Below the pieces are notes generated by a model. The model saw only the letters and a program-made list of their open reading frames with translations. It was not told the DNA's origin and ran no database searches. Below, in pieces: positions 19,493 through 28,555 of a DNA stretch of 64,000 nucleotides; positions within the stretch are counted from its first letter, which is position 1; each line of letters opens with the position of its first letter. Both the position numbers and the translations under genes were made by a program. Location of the stretch: the IMG/VR virus record IMGVR_UViG_3300020420_000671. One strand, written 5' to 3'. The stretch comes from a virus. Its lineage: Duplodnaviria; Caudoviricetes.

Positions 19493-20995
19493 TTAAAGTG
19501 CGAGGCGCCAAGTACCTTTTTGATACTCACCCTCCCAGCTGAGTATCCATTCTGTACCAGTCCACCTATATTGTACGCCTGTATTTAGGTTTGTGATATA
19601 TTTGGTTGTAGTACCATCATCCGTACTAGCGTCAAATACTATGTGCCACTTAGATCCGTCCCACTCTACAACATCATTTTGTCCTGCCACAAAATCACTT
19701 CCGTCTACGTTTTTCCAAGCATCTGGACCATCATATGGATCTCTACTGCTACCATCACTTGGATCCTGGCCAAATGTCATTAATCCGCCTACGTTAGCAC
19801 TATCATTTATTTTTCCAAGAAGTAACAATCTTAGACCTGCCACTTTTGTTGTCGAATTTGGATTATATTTTTGTGGGTCAATAATATAGTCTACACTACC
19901 TGTATTGTTTCTACCACTTGGACTATTTAAACTAGAATTCGTAGGAATTGTATCTTCGTCCCATACTATTTGTAATTTTGTTCTGTCTAGTTCATTAATT
20001 GTTATACCACCATTGATACTTATTGTACCAGTTTCGCCAGTTAAAAGTTTTCTTTTAATCTGTAATTGTGATAGTCCTGCTCTGTATACACCAGGATGTG
20101 GATCTATTACTTGATCCCATGCTATACTTCCTACCCTACCCCTATCAACTATTTGTGCTGTATTGCCCATTACGAGTATATCATAATCTTTATAGTTATT
20201 ACTTCCTACTGTGATACCATCTTTGATTGTTCTGCCAGTTTGTAAATCTGTTTTTGCTTGACTATTTTCAGTATCAGAGTAAGCTGAAAGGGTAGGCATA
20301 GACATACCTAAGTTTATTGTACCTTTGGATTCATCAAAAATACTCATTATTACATTTGTGATGACTCCTAGTTTCTTAACTTTAGCAGGCAAGTTGATAT
20401 AGATCGGAGTGGTAAATGATAAACTAGCAATATCTATTTCTGTTTCCGTACCTTGCGGTATACTTCTACTTGAAAAGTTCAAACCCGTAAGTTCTACAAC
20501 AGTCAAACTTGACCAATCTACATAGTTATCTGTAGTTTGTATTTCTAAACTTGGATTAAACAACATAAGAAGTTGTTCCATTATTTGTAATTTCATTTCT
20601 GTGTTCGTAGACCAAATATCAACATTCACAGCTAACGTGTAGGGCGACGGCATTATTCTTTCTACAGTATAATTTTTTCCTTGTGTGTTTAGATATTCTT
20701 TATTATTATCATCATAAGCTCTTTCTCTGATATGTACTTTGCTTGTATAACTTGAATCTGCTGTTCTAGTTCTATCTTGTTCCAAGGAAGTAATGTATAC
20801 AGCCATTCTAGGAGCAGAAGGTATTTTATTTTCACTATTATCTCTGATAATGTTAGCAACCTGCCTTGTCATATCTCCATACATCACAGGTACTTGTACT
20901 TCCTTACCTTCACCATCTTTGTATTTGAAGTTACTGAACAGTCTTATTAGCTGAGTAATATATCTTCTAATTTGTCCATCATAAAAATGTTGCAT
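19493..20995 (-). CDS. gp15-like tail sheath stabiliser/tail terminator with C-terminal extension
   Basis: HFYDGQIRRYITQ..RLFS, VPVMYGD, PRMAVYI..L..D..R, PSPYTL.VNVDIW, EQLLMLFNPS. Confidence 0.7.
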   Translation of the reverse strand: MQHFYDGQIRRYITQLIRLFSNFKYKDGEGKEVQVPVMYGDMTRQVANIIRDNSENKIPSAPRMAVYITSLEQDRTRTADSSYTSKVHIRERAYDDNNKEYLNTQGKNYTVERIMPSPYTLAVNVDIWSTNTEMKLQIMEQLLMLFNPSLEIQTTDNYVDWSSLTVVELTGLNFSSRSIPQGTETEIDIASLSFTTPIYINLPAKVKKLGVITNVIMSIFDESKGTINLGMSMPTLSAYSDTENSQAKTDLQTGRTIKDGITVGSNNYKDYDILVMGNTAQIVDRGRVGSIAWDQVIDPHPGVYRAGLSQLQIKRKLLTGETGTISINGGITINELDRTKLQIVWDEDTIPTNSSLNSPSGRNNTGSVDYIIDPQKYNPNSTTKVAGLRLLLLGKINDSANVGGLMTFGQDPSDGSSRDPYDGPDAWKNVDGSDFVAGQNDVVEWDGSKWHIVFDASTDDGTTTKYITNLNTGVQYRWTGTEWILSWEGEYQKGTWRLAL

Positions 20996-22155
20996 TATTC
21001 GTTGTCCGGTTTAGCTTTTAAAGCATCTGCTAGGCTCTGTCTTTCTTTTACAGTTTCGCCGCCTATACTTGAAGTTGCTGTATTGTTAACAAATGAACTT
21101 CTTTGTGTTTGTTTAGTATCAGTATTGCTTAGGTTAACTCTAATATTATCTTCCATTTTTACCCACCTTTGGCCATCATATCTAAATAATCTATTCGGAA
21201 ATAAATCTGTTCTTAAAAAATAATCTCCAGTTACGCTCCCAGTAGGAAATCCAATTCCGCTACCAAATGCTTCTCCGTTTGGTGCTATTCCATCTCCTAT
21301 CAAATAACCTTCGTACCCTTCTCTTTCTGGTGTTTGATGTATTCTATCTGCTAATTCATTCTGTGTACTGGCATCTAATGTACTTGTATCTGTTGTTACA
21401 AGTTCTGTAACACCTCGATCGTCAACTTGAAGTGTATATAAATGACTAGTATCATATCCAGATTTCCCTGAGTCTGCTTCTGCTTGTTTTACAACAGCAT
21501 CATTTATTTCTTTTTCTTTGTTATAAGTTGACAGTAAATCTCTAAGTGTCTTGTCACTGCCTTCTTCAGCTTTAGCATCAAGTATGTCTTTGTATTCTTG
21601 TGAATCAACTATTTGTTTTAATTTTAATCTATATAAATGTGGATACCAAGTTTGTGTAAATCCTTCACTTGCTCTGTTAACATCTTCTACTACATAGAAT
21701 CTTTTAAGTGCTAGATCAAAGTCATTTAGAGCATGTGGATCTTTTAAATGCGGTAATTCTATAACATCACCTGACATAATTTTTCGACCTAGAGCATTTA
21801 CAGTATAGTTTATAGGAACTGTCATAAAGACAATATCTTGTGATAAAAATAAACCAAACTGTGATAAATCAAAATCTATATCAGCAACATTATAAATGCC
21901 TCTAATTGTGTATACATTTGGATCATATTTTCTGTCTCTATTTTCTAGAAAAATCATGTCCTGTATGTTGGTTTCTTTTACAGCATCATATGTTGGAGTG
22001 CCTGCTGTAGCTTCTCCTGTAGCAGGATTTTTAGGGCCTAGATACTTGTGTACAAAAACGTCTGTACCACCAATAGTAAACATCTCTTCAATGTTTTTGT
22101 CTAAAAACTGATAATCTTTTCCCTTTTCGGGTTTATATAAACTGAGTCTTGGCAT
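20995..22155 (-). CDS. gp14-like neck (head closure) protein
   Basis: EEMFTIGGTDVFVH, FDLSQFGLFL..D, GDVIELPH; divergent from gp13-like gene; start moved to ATG 22155. Confidence 0.65.
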   Translation of the reverse strand: MPRLSLYKPEKGKDYQFLDKNIEEMFTIGGTDVFVHKYLGPKNPATGEATAGTPTYDAVKETNIQDMIFLENRDRKYDPNVYTIRGIYNVADIDFDLSQFGLFLSQDIVFMTVPINYTVNALGRKIMSGDVIELPHLKDPHALNDFDLALKRFYVVEDVNRASEGFTQTWYPHLYRLKLKQIVDSQEYKDILDAKAEEGSDKTLRDLLSTYNKEKEINDAVVKQAEADSGKSGYDTSHLYTLQVDDRGVTELVTTDTSTLDASTQNELADRIHQTPEREGYEGYLIGDGIAPNGEAFGSGIGFPTGSVTGDYFLRTDLFPNRLFRYDGQRWVKMEDNIRVNLSNTDTKQTQRSSFVNNTATSSIGGETVKERQSLADALKAKPDNE

Positions 22156-22163
22156 AACATAAC

Positions 22164-22171
22164 TATTTATC
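22164..22171 (-). promoter_or_regulatory. putative late promoter GATAAATA (leftward)
   Basis: tatttatc on + strand, 8 nt before gp14-like ATG. Confidence 0.6.
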
Positions 22172-22175
22172 AGAG

Positions 22176-22183
22176 CATAAATA
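22176..22183 (+). promoter_or_regulatory. putative late promoter CATAAATA (rightward)
   Basis: Back-to-back with the leftward box, before gp13-like gene with SD AAGGA. Confidence 0.6.
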
Positions 22184-22201
22184 CTGTAGCAAGGAACGAA
22201 T

Positions 22202-22963
22202 ATGGCAACTAATTTAAAAACTAAAAAACAAGAAGTATTCAAGTATGTTGAGCTTAATTTAGGCGGAGGCATGATAGATGTTGAATTAGATCCAGATCAT
22301 TACGAAACTGCCCTTACAGCGGCCCTATCTAAATTTAGACAAAGATCAGATAATTCAGTTGAAGAATCCTACATGTTTTTACCACTTGTTATAGATCAAA
22401 ATGATTACACATTACCGCAAGAAGTAATGGAAGTTAGACAGGTTTTTAGAAGAAGCATAGGTAGTAGATCAGGTGGAGGAGATGGAGGTACTCTGTTTGA
22501 ACCATTTAATTTAGCATACACTAATACTTACTTGTTAGCAAGTTCTAACATGGGCGGATTAGCAACATATAATGCGTTTGCCGGATTTCAAGAATTGGTT
22601 GGAAGAATGTTTGGATCATTCATAGAATTTAAATGGAATACTGTAAACAAAAAATTAACACTTCTACAGCGTCCGAGAGCAGACGAAGAAATACTTCTTT
22701 ACGCATATAATTACAGACCAGACTTTGAGTTGTTGGAAGATTACCTAGCTCAACAGTGGTTAAAAGATTATACACTCGCAAAGTGTAAGTATATGCTAGG
22801 TGAAGCACGTAGTAAGTTTGCCACTATTGCTGGTCCACAGGGTGGATCTTCCATGAACGGAGATGCTTTAAAAACAGAAGCACAATCAGAAATTGAAAAG
22901 CTAGAAGCAGAAGTAGCCACGCAAGTAGGTGGCGGCGCAGGATATAGCTTTACAATTGGTTAA
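22202..22963 (+). CDS. gp13-like neck protein
   Basis: LGGGMIDVELD, WLKDYTLA..KYMLGEARSKF..IAGP.GG..MNG..LK.EA..EIEKLE C-terminal gp13 pattern. Confidence 0.8.
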   Translation: MATNLKTKKQEVFKYVELNLGGGMIDVELDPDHYETALTAALSKFRQRSDNSVEESYMFLPLVIDQNDYTLPQEVMEVRQVFRRSIGSRSGGGDGGTLFEPFNLAYTNTYLLASSNMGGLATYNAFAGFQELVGRMFGSFIEFKWNTVNKKLTLLQRPRADEEILLYAYNYRPDFELLEDYLAQQWLKDYTLAKCKYMLGEARSKFATIAGPQGGSSMNGDALKTEAQSEIEKLEAEVATQVGGGAGYSFTIG

Positions 22964-22970
22964 ATTCCAC

Positions 22971-22999
22971 TTGACAATCTAAAACTTTTACGTTACAAT
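22971..22999 (+). promoter_or_regulatory. sigma70-type promoter TTGACA-17-TACAAT
   Basis: Near-consensus, intergenic, before dNMP kinase. Confidence 0.8.
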
Positions 23000-23024
23000 A
23001 ACTACTATTACGTAAGGACTCACT

Positions 23025-23651
23025 ATGATAATTGGTTTATGTGGACTCATTGGAAGTGGTAAAGGTACTGTCGCTGATATCCTTGTAGATGATCACAAAT
23101 TTGTAAAAATAAGTTTTGCTGACAAGCTGAAAGACGCCGTGTCTACAATGTTTGACTGGGATAGACAAATGCTAGAAGGTGAAACACCCGAAAGTAGATC
23201 CTGGCGTGAACAAGAGGACGATTTTTGGACCAAAGAAACAGGCCGTAGAATCACTCCAAGATTAGTGTTACAAGAGTTTGGAACTGATTGTATGCGTAAT
23301 GGTTTTTTTGACGGTGTATGGGTAAGTTTTGTAAGGAAGAAAATATTAGAAAATCCTGATAAAAATTTTGTAATTCCTGATGTAAGATTTAACAATGAAG
23401 CAGAAATTATACAAGCTATGGGCGGAAAAGTATGGTGTGTTAAACGTGGGCCTGATCCGTTATGGTTTAGGCAATACGTTGATTTAGACATAGAGCCAAC
23501 AGATGTACATCCAAGTGAATGGCGTTGGGCAAAAGTAGCCTTTGAACATAACATTTATAATGAAGGTACTATTGATGATCTTAAAAATCAGGTACGAGGT
23601 CGCCTTGCTTCCACTTTACGCCTTTCTTCTGCAAAAGCCGTTGGCAATTAG
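23025..23651 (+). CDS. deoxynucleoside monophosphate kinase (T4 gp1-like)
   Basis: GLCGLIGSGKGT P-loop, SFADKLK, TPRLVLQEFGTD, IPDVRF.NE. Confidence 0.85.
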   Translation: MIIGLCGLIGSGKGTVADILVDDHKFVKISFADKLKDAVSTMFDWDRQMLEGETPESRSWREQEDDFWTKETGRRITPRLVLQEFGTDCMRNGFFDGVWVSFVRKKILENPDKNFVIPDVRFNNEAEIIQAMGGKVWCVKRGPDPLWFRQYVDLDIEPTDVHPSEWRWAKVAFEHNIYNEGTIDDLKNQVRGRLASTLRLSSAKAVGN

Positions 23652-23916
23652 CACATATTGTTTTTAAATTATTAAAGTGTGTGTTAGTTAAATTACCATC
23701 AATATGGTAAACATTAAACTGTTCAGCATGTCCTTTGAAACCACACTTGTCGCATTCACTCTTCATTCTATATCCTGCTTTGTACCAGGTAGGTATACCA
23801 TGTCCTTTACCATTATGTAGACAGGACTCACATTGTTTTCTATAATATGTTTTACCAGCCTTCTTGTAGTTAACCGCGGCTGGTCTTTGATTACAATATA
23901 GACATAAAGGACGCAT
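23581..23916 (-). CDS. zinc-ribbon/HNH-like protein
   Basis: Several CxxC pairs; HIDGNLTNTHFNNLKTICANCQR resembles HNH with final His replaced by Gln. Confidence 0.6.
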   Translation of the reverse strand: MRPLCLYCNQRPAAVNYKKAGKTYYRKQCESCLHNGKGHGIPTWYKAGYRMKSECDKCGFKGHAEQFNVYHIDGNLTNTHFNNLKTICANCQRLLQKKGVKWKQGDLVPDF

Positions 23917-23920
23917 ACTG

Positions 23921-23928
23921 TATTTACC
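23921..23928 (-). promoter_or_regulatory. putative late promoter GGTAAATA
   Basis: 4 nt before the HNH-like ATG. Confidence 0.5.
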
Positions 23929-23984
23929 ATCCCTTTTTGCCCCCTTTTATTATGTTATTTCTTGGTATATTTTTATTAAGATGA

Positions 23985-23991
23985 CTAAATA
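23985..23991 (+). promoter_or_regulatory. putative late promoter CTAAATA
   Basis: Before tail sheath gene, followed by SD AGGAG. Confidence 0.55.
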
Positions 23992-24021
23992 CATACAACA
24001 GTTGATATACAGGAGAACAAA

Positions 24022-27000
24022 ATGGCATCATTAATATCACCAGGTGTAAATGTTAGTGTTATAGACGAAAGTTTTTACACCCCAGCTGAACCGGGAATGA
24101 CTCCTATGGTGTTTGTTGCATCTAGACAAGATAAAACAAACGCGGCAGGGACAGGCACAGCCAGTGGAACTACAAAAGCTAACGCTGGTGTACCACAACT
24201 AATTACATCACAAAGAGACTTATCTGATAAGTTCGGAGATCCAGTCTTTGAAACAGATAACAATAATAACCCTATAAACGGCGGCGAATTAAACGAATAT
24301 GGTTTACAAGCGGCTTATTCTTTCTTAGGTGTAGCAAACAGAGCTTTTGTTACAAGAGCAGACATAGACCTAAATGAGATTACGCCAAGTGCTTCTGCTC
24401 CGGCGGCGGCTCCAGCAAACGGAACATTCTGGTTCGATACTGCTTTAACAAAATATGGAATTTTTGAATGGAACGGAAATGCTGTTACTGTAACAGGCGG
24501 ACAGTCATTCACTAACAAAGTTCCAACAGTAATTACATCAAAAACAAATTTAGTAGGTGAATCCAATACAGGAATACCAAAAGGTTCAGTAGGACAGGTA
24601 GGAGACTATGCTGTTGTTACAACCACTACAAGTAATAAAGTATACTACAAAAATACTGACGGTGCTTGGGTAAAAGTTGGTTCATCTGATTGGGTAAAGA
24701 GTTGGCCAACAATACAAGGATCAACTGCTAACCCAACTTTAACGAACGGACAAACAATTATTATAAACGGAAGTACTGTGTCACTTTCAGGAACATCTGT
24801 TGCTAACATGGTAACTGCTATTACTAATGCGGCAATCACAGGTGTATCTGCGAAAAGTGTAGACGGCAAACTTTATATCTACAGTGACGGAAGTTCAACA
24901 ACTGACGGTTCAACAGACGACGATGGCGCCATTTCCATTGCGGCTGGACAAACTGGTACATTGTTAGCTGACTTAGGTATCACAGCAGGAACTTACTTTG
25001 CTCCTGCGTTAGAAATTGCTCCACATACGGCTGTTCCAGCGTTCAAGACTGCAGACACAAAAACAAGACCTTCAGGTTCTGTTTGGTTTAAAACTACAGA
25101 TGCTAACTTGGGTGCTAATTACAAAGTTAAAGTATACAATACTACAACAAAACTTTGGGTAGATCAATCTGCTCCAGTTTACAAAACACACGAAGCGGCT
25201 TTATTTAATTTAGACAAATCCGGCGGTGGTATTAATCTTGCGGTAGGTGCTACATACATTCAAGCACATACAACACTAGCAGAGAATGAAGAATTTGATT
25301 TTACAATTTTTGCTAGAAACGTATCAGGATCAACTACCATTACTTCAAATGCTATTACAGCAAGTACATTTGCGGCAGGCACATTCAATTTTACAATTGG
25401 AGAAAGTAAAGTAGGACAAGCGGCTTTAGACGCAGGTGTGGCTTTATCATTCGTAGCAACTGGTGCTACAGCAGATGCTGACTTGTTTGCTAACGCAATC
25501 AACGCACATGGATTTACTAACATACAAGCAAGTGTAGACGCAAGTAACAGACTTGTTATTTCACACAATGATGGTGGTGAAATGCGTATTAAAGATACAG
25601 ACAATGCTTTCCAAAACGCAGGATTTAGTGCTTATAACTACAGCACAAAATTAGGAACAGCTAATCTTTATACAGCACCAACAGGTGATAGTGCTTTTGA
25701 TTTCCATGCTTCAAATTGGAAAATCTTAACTTACAATGCTGGACCAAATGCTCCAACATCATTAACAACAGACGGCAGATTATGGTACAGTTCAATTGTT
25801 GATGAAGTTGATATGTTGGTACACGACGGAACAACATGGAAAGGTTACGGAAACGTATACTCAAGTGCTGATCCAGAAGGACCAATTGTAAGTGCCACAG
25901 AGCCAACACAACAATCAGATACTACACCATTAGTAACAGGAGACTTATGGATTTCAACAGCTGACTTAGAAAGCTATCCAGAAGTTTACAAATACAATGC
26001 TGATCTTCAAAAATGGTTAGCTGTAGATGAAGGTGACCAAACTACAGAAGATGGTATTTTATTTGCTGATGCTAGATTTGGTACAACCGGTGGTACTAAC
26101 GGAACAAACGGGGAAGCACCAAAAGGAACTATCAAAGAACTATTAGTAAGTGACTTCTTAGACTTTGATGCTCCAGATCCAGCACTTTATCCAAAAGGTA
26201 TGTTGTTATGGAACTTACGTAGAAGCGGATTTAATGTTAAAAAATTCGTTAGAAACTATATAGACTTAACAGCTAAAAACATTAGAAAAAATGATGAGAG
26301 CATGGCTACTTATTATCCACACAGATGGGTAACTGAGTCTGCTAATCAGCCAAACGGTAAAGGTAGCTTTGGAAGAAAAGCACAGCGTAAAGTTGTAATT
26401 CAAGCGTTACAATCATTGGTAAACAGTAACCAAGAGATTAGGGACGATGAATCAAGACTATTCAACGTTATGGCTACACCAGGTTATCCAGAACTTATAG
26501 GTGAAATGATAGCACTTAATAATGATAGAGGCTTAACAGCGTTTATTATTGGTGACTCACCATTTAGATTAAAATCAGATGGAACTACTTTAAACAACTG
26601 GGGTAATAATACTGCTCTTGCTGTTGAAGATAACGATGACGGACTTGTTTCAAGAGATGAATACTTAGGTGTGTTTTATCCTAGCTTATTCACAAGTGAC
26701 AATGCCGGAAATAACGTTGTTGTTCCACCAAGTCATGGTATAATGAGAACTTTTGCTTTAAGTGATCAAGTATCGTTTCCATGGTTTGCTCCAGCAGGTA
26801 CAAGACGTGGTGGCATAACAAATGCTAGTGCGGCAGGATTTGTAGACGCTGAGGGTGAATTTAAATCAATAGCATTGAACGAAGGTCAAAGAGATACATT
26901 ATATTCTTTAAATATTAATCCGATTACATTCCTTACAGGAGCAGGATTAGTTAACTTCGGTCAAAAAACTAGAGCAAGAAACGCAAGTGCTTTAGATAGA

Positions 27001-27312
27001 ATCAACGTAGCACGTTTAGTAATTTACTTAAGATCACAACTTAAGAAACTAGCTAAACCATACATCTTTGAACCAAATGATAAGATTACACGTGATGAAA
27101 TCAAGGCACAAGTTGATAGTTTAATGTTAGAGCTTGTTTCACAAAGAGCATTATATGACTTCTTAGTTGTGTGTGATGAATCAAATAACACACCATCTAG
27201 AATTGATAGAAATGAACTTTATGTAGATATTGCGATAGAACCAGTAAAAGCTGTGGAGTTTATATACATTCCATTGAGACTTAAAAATACTGGAGAAATA
27301 GCAGGACTATAA
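24022..27312 (+). CDS. tail sheath protein (gp18-like, 1096 aa with large insertion)
   Basis: LISPGVNVSVIDES N-terminus; VPPSH, WFAPAG.RRG, RD.LY..NINPI, G.V.FGQKT, ALDRINVARL, FEPND..TR, IEPVKAVEFIYI. Confidence 0.92.
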   Translation: MASLISPGVNVSVIDESFYTPAEPGMTPMVFVASRQDKTNAAGTGTASGTTKANAGVPQLITSQRDLSDKFGDPVFETDNNNNPINGGELNEYGLQAAYSFLGVANRAFVTRADIDLNEITPSASAPAAAPANGTFWFDTALTKYGIFEWNGNAVTVTGGQSFTNKVPTVITSKTNLVGESNTGIPKGSVGQVGDYAVVTTTTSNKVYYKNTDGAWVKVGSSDWVKSWPTIQGSTANPTLTNGQTIIINGSTVSLSGTSVANMVTAITNAAITGVSAKSVDGKLYIYSDGSSTTDGSTDDDGAISIAAGQTGTLLADLGITAGTYFAPALEIAPHTAVPAFKTADTKTRPSGSVWFKTTDANLGANYKVKVYNTTTKLWVDQSAPVYKTHEAALFNLDKSGGGINLAVGATYIQAHTTLAENEEFDFTIFARNVSGSTTITSNAITASTFAAGTFNFTIGESKVGQAALDAGVALSFVATGATADADLFANAINAHGFTNIQASVDASNRLVISHNDGGEMRIKDTDNAFQNAGFSAYNYSTKLGTANLYTAPTGDSAFDFHASNWKILTYNAGPNAPTSLTTDGRLWYSSIVDEVDMLVHDGTTWKGYGNVYSSADPEGPIVSATEPTQQSDTTPLVTGDLWISTADLESYPEVYKYNADLQKWLAVDEGDQTTEDGILFADARFGTTGGTNGTNGEAPKGTIKELLVSDFLDFDAPDPALYPKGMLLWNLRRSGFNVKKFVRNYIDLTAKNIRKNDESMATYYPHRWVTESANQPNGKGSFGRKAQRKVVIQALQSLVNSNQEIRDDESRLFNVMATPGYPELIGEMIALNNDRGLTAFIIGDSPFRLKSDGTTLNNWGNNTALAVEDNDDGLVSRDEYLGVFYPSLFTSDNAGNNVVVPPSHGIMRTFALSDQVSFPWFAPAGTRRGGITNASAAGFVDAEGEFKSIALNEGQRDTLYSLNINPITFLTGAGLVNFGQKTRARNASALDRINVARLVIYLRSQLKKLAKPYIFEPNDKITRDEIKAQVDSLMLELVSQRALYDFLVVCDESNNTPSRIDRNELYVDIAIEPVKAVEFIYIPLRLKNTGEIAGL

Positions 27313-27315
27313 ACG

Positions 27316-27323
27316 GATAAATA
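27316..27323 (+). promoter_or_regulatory. putative late promoter GATAAATA
   Basis: Between sheath and tube genes, SD AGGAG follows. Confidence 0.6.
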
Positions 27324-27344
27324 AAAGTAATAGGAGCATATAGA

Positions 27345-27974
27345 ATGGCAATTTCAACACTTTCAAAGTTAACAGTACCCTTAGATAGTAACGCAAGTGC
27401 ATCTAACCAAGGGTTATTGATGCCAAAATTAGCATACCGTTTTAGGGTATCGCTAGAAAATTTTGGTGTATCAAGTCCAACAACTGAACTAACAAAACAG
27501 GTAATGGACATAACTAGACCAAACGTAAGTTTCGATCAAATGACTGTTGATATTTACAACTCAAGAGTATACCTAGCAGGTAAACATACTTGGGAACCTA
27601 TTACAATTACTTTACGTGAAGATGTAAGCAACAACGTACAAAAATTTGTTGGTGAACAATTACAGAAACAGTTAGACTTCTTTGAAATGTCAAGTGCGGC
27701 GTCAGGAAGCGATTACAAATTCGTTACTAGAATGGAAATACTCGATGGTGGTAACGGTGCTAATGCTCCAACAGTACTTGAAACATTTGAGTTATACGGA
27801 TGTTATGTTGAGAGTGCTAACTATAATACTTTAAACTATGCTGAATCAGCACCAGTAACTGTAACGTTATCAGTAAGATACGACAATGCTATACAAACAC
27901 CACAAGGTACAGGTATAGGTACAGCAATTGGTAGAACAATTAACACAGCTATTACAGGCGGTGGTAACGGTTAA
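27345..27974 (+). CDS. tail tube protein (gp19-like)
   Basis: Follows sheath; RFRVS, RPNVSFD..TV..YNSRVYLAGKHTWEPITITLRED, FELYGC, VTLSVRYDNA. Confidence 0.85.
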   Translation: MAISTLSKLTVPLDSNASASNQGLLMPKLAYRFRVSLENFGVSSPTTELTKQVMDITRPNVSFDQMTVDIYNSRVYLAGKHTWEPITITLREDVSNNVQKFVGEQLQKQLDFFEMSSAASGSDYKFVTRMEILDGGNGANAPTVLETFELYGCYVESANYNTLNYAESAPVTVTLSVRYDNAIQTPQGTGIGTAIGRTINTAITGGGNG

Positions 27975-27995
27975 TAGTTAATAAACTAATTACAT

Positions 27996-28023
27996 AAAAA
28001 GGGCCTTCCGGGGCCCTTTTTTT
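27996..28023 (+). terminator. intrinsic terminator (possibly bidirectional)
   Basis: AAAAA-GGGCC-TTCCGG-GGCCC-TTTTTTT. Confidence 0.85.
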
Positions 28024-28034
28024 ATGACCAAAAA

Positions 28035-28041
28035 CTAAATA
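28035..28041 (+). promoter_or_regulatory. putative late promoter CTAAATA
   Basis: Just after the terminator, before VOC gene with SD AAGGAG. Confidence 0.45.
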
Positions 28042-28069
28042 CCTGTAAGTAGCAAAAAAGGAGATTCCA

Positions 28070-28513
28070 TTGAGTAATAGATTTCATTTGGCCGTCGAAG
28101 GTGGCGACCTTTCAACAACCGTTCCCTGGTATCAAAAGGTTTTAGGTTGTACTTTAGATATGGCAGAAGAAGGAAAATGGCAGGACATAGATTTTTGGGG
28201 TAATGAATTAACATTACATGAAACAACACCAAGGCAAGGTAAAGGTCCTGAAAGAGAAAGACACAGCGTAGACATGGGCGAAGTTTGTGTCCCACACTTT
28301 GGTATACATTTACCATATGATGACTTCAAGATAGTCAAAGAAAGCGTCGAAGCGAATGGTGGTTTTTTAGACACACCTTATGTAAGATTTGAAGGCACAG
28401 ATTATCAGCAAGAAACATTTTTTGTAGAAGATCCTAACTTTAATGTACTTGAAATAAAGTCTATGGCAAAAGATAATCCGCTAGATTTCGAAGTTCATGG
28501 AGTAGGTTGCTAA
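28070..28513 (+). CDS. VOC/glyoxalase-family protein
   Basis: FHLAV, DIDFWGNELTLH, VPHFGIHL, QETFFVEDPNFNVLEIKS; TTG start. Confidence 0.8.
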   Translation: MSNRFHLAVEGGDLSTTVPWYQKVLGCTLDMAEEGKWQDIDFWGNELTLHETTPRQGKGPERERHSVDMGEVCVPHFGIHLPYDDFKIVKESVEANGGFLDTPYVRFEGTDYQQETFFVEDPNFNVLEIKSMAKDNPLDFEVHGVGC

Positions 28514-28542
28514 TCTTATTATATACGTACTTAATTACTATG

Positions 28543-28550
28543 GATAAATA
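28543..28550 (+). promoter_or_regulatory. putative late promoter GATAAATA
   Basis: 5 nt before ATG 28556, no SD. Confidence 0.6.
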
Positions 28551-28555
28551 TTAGT

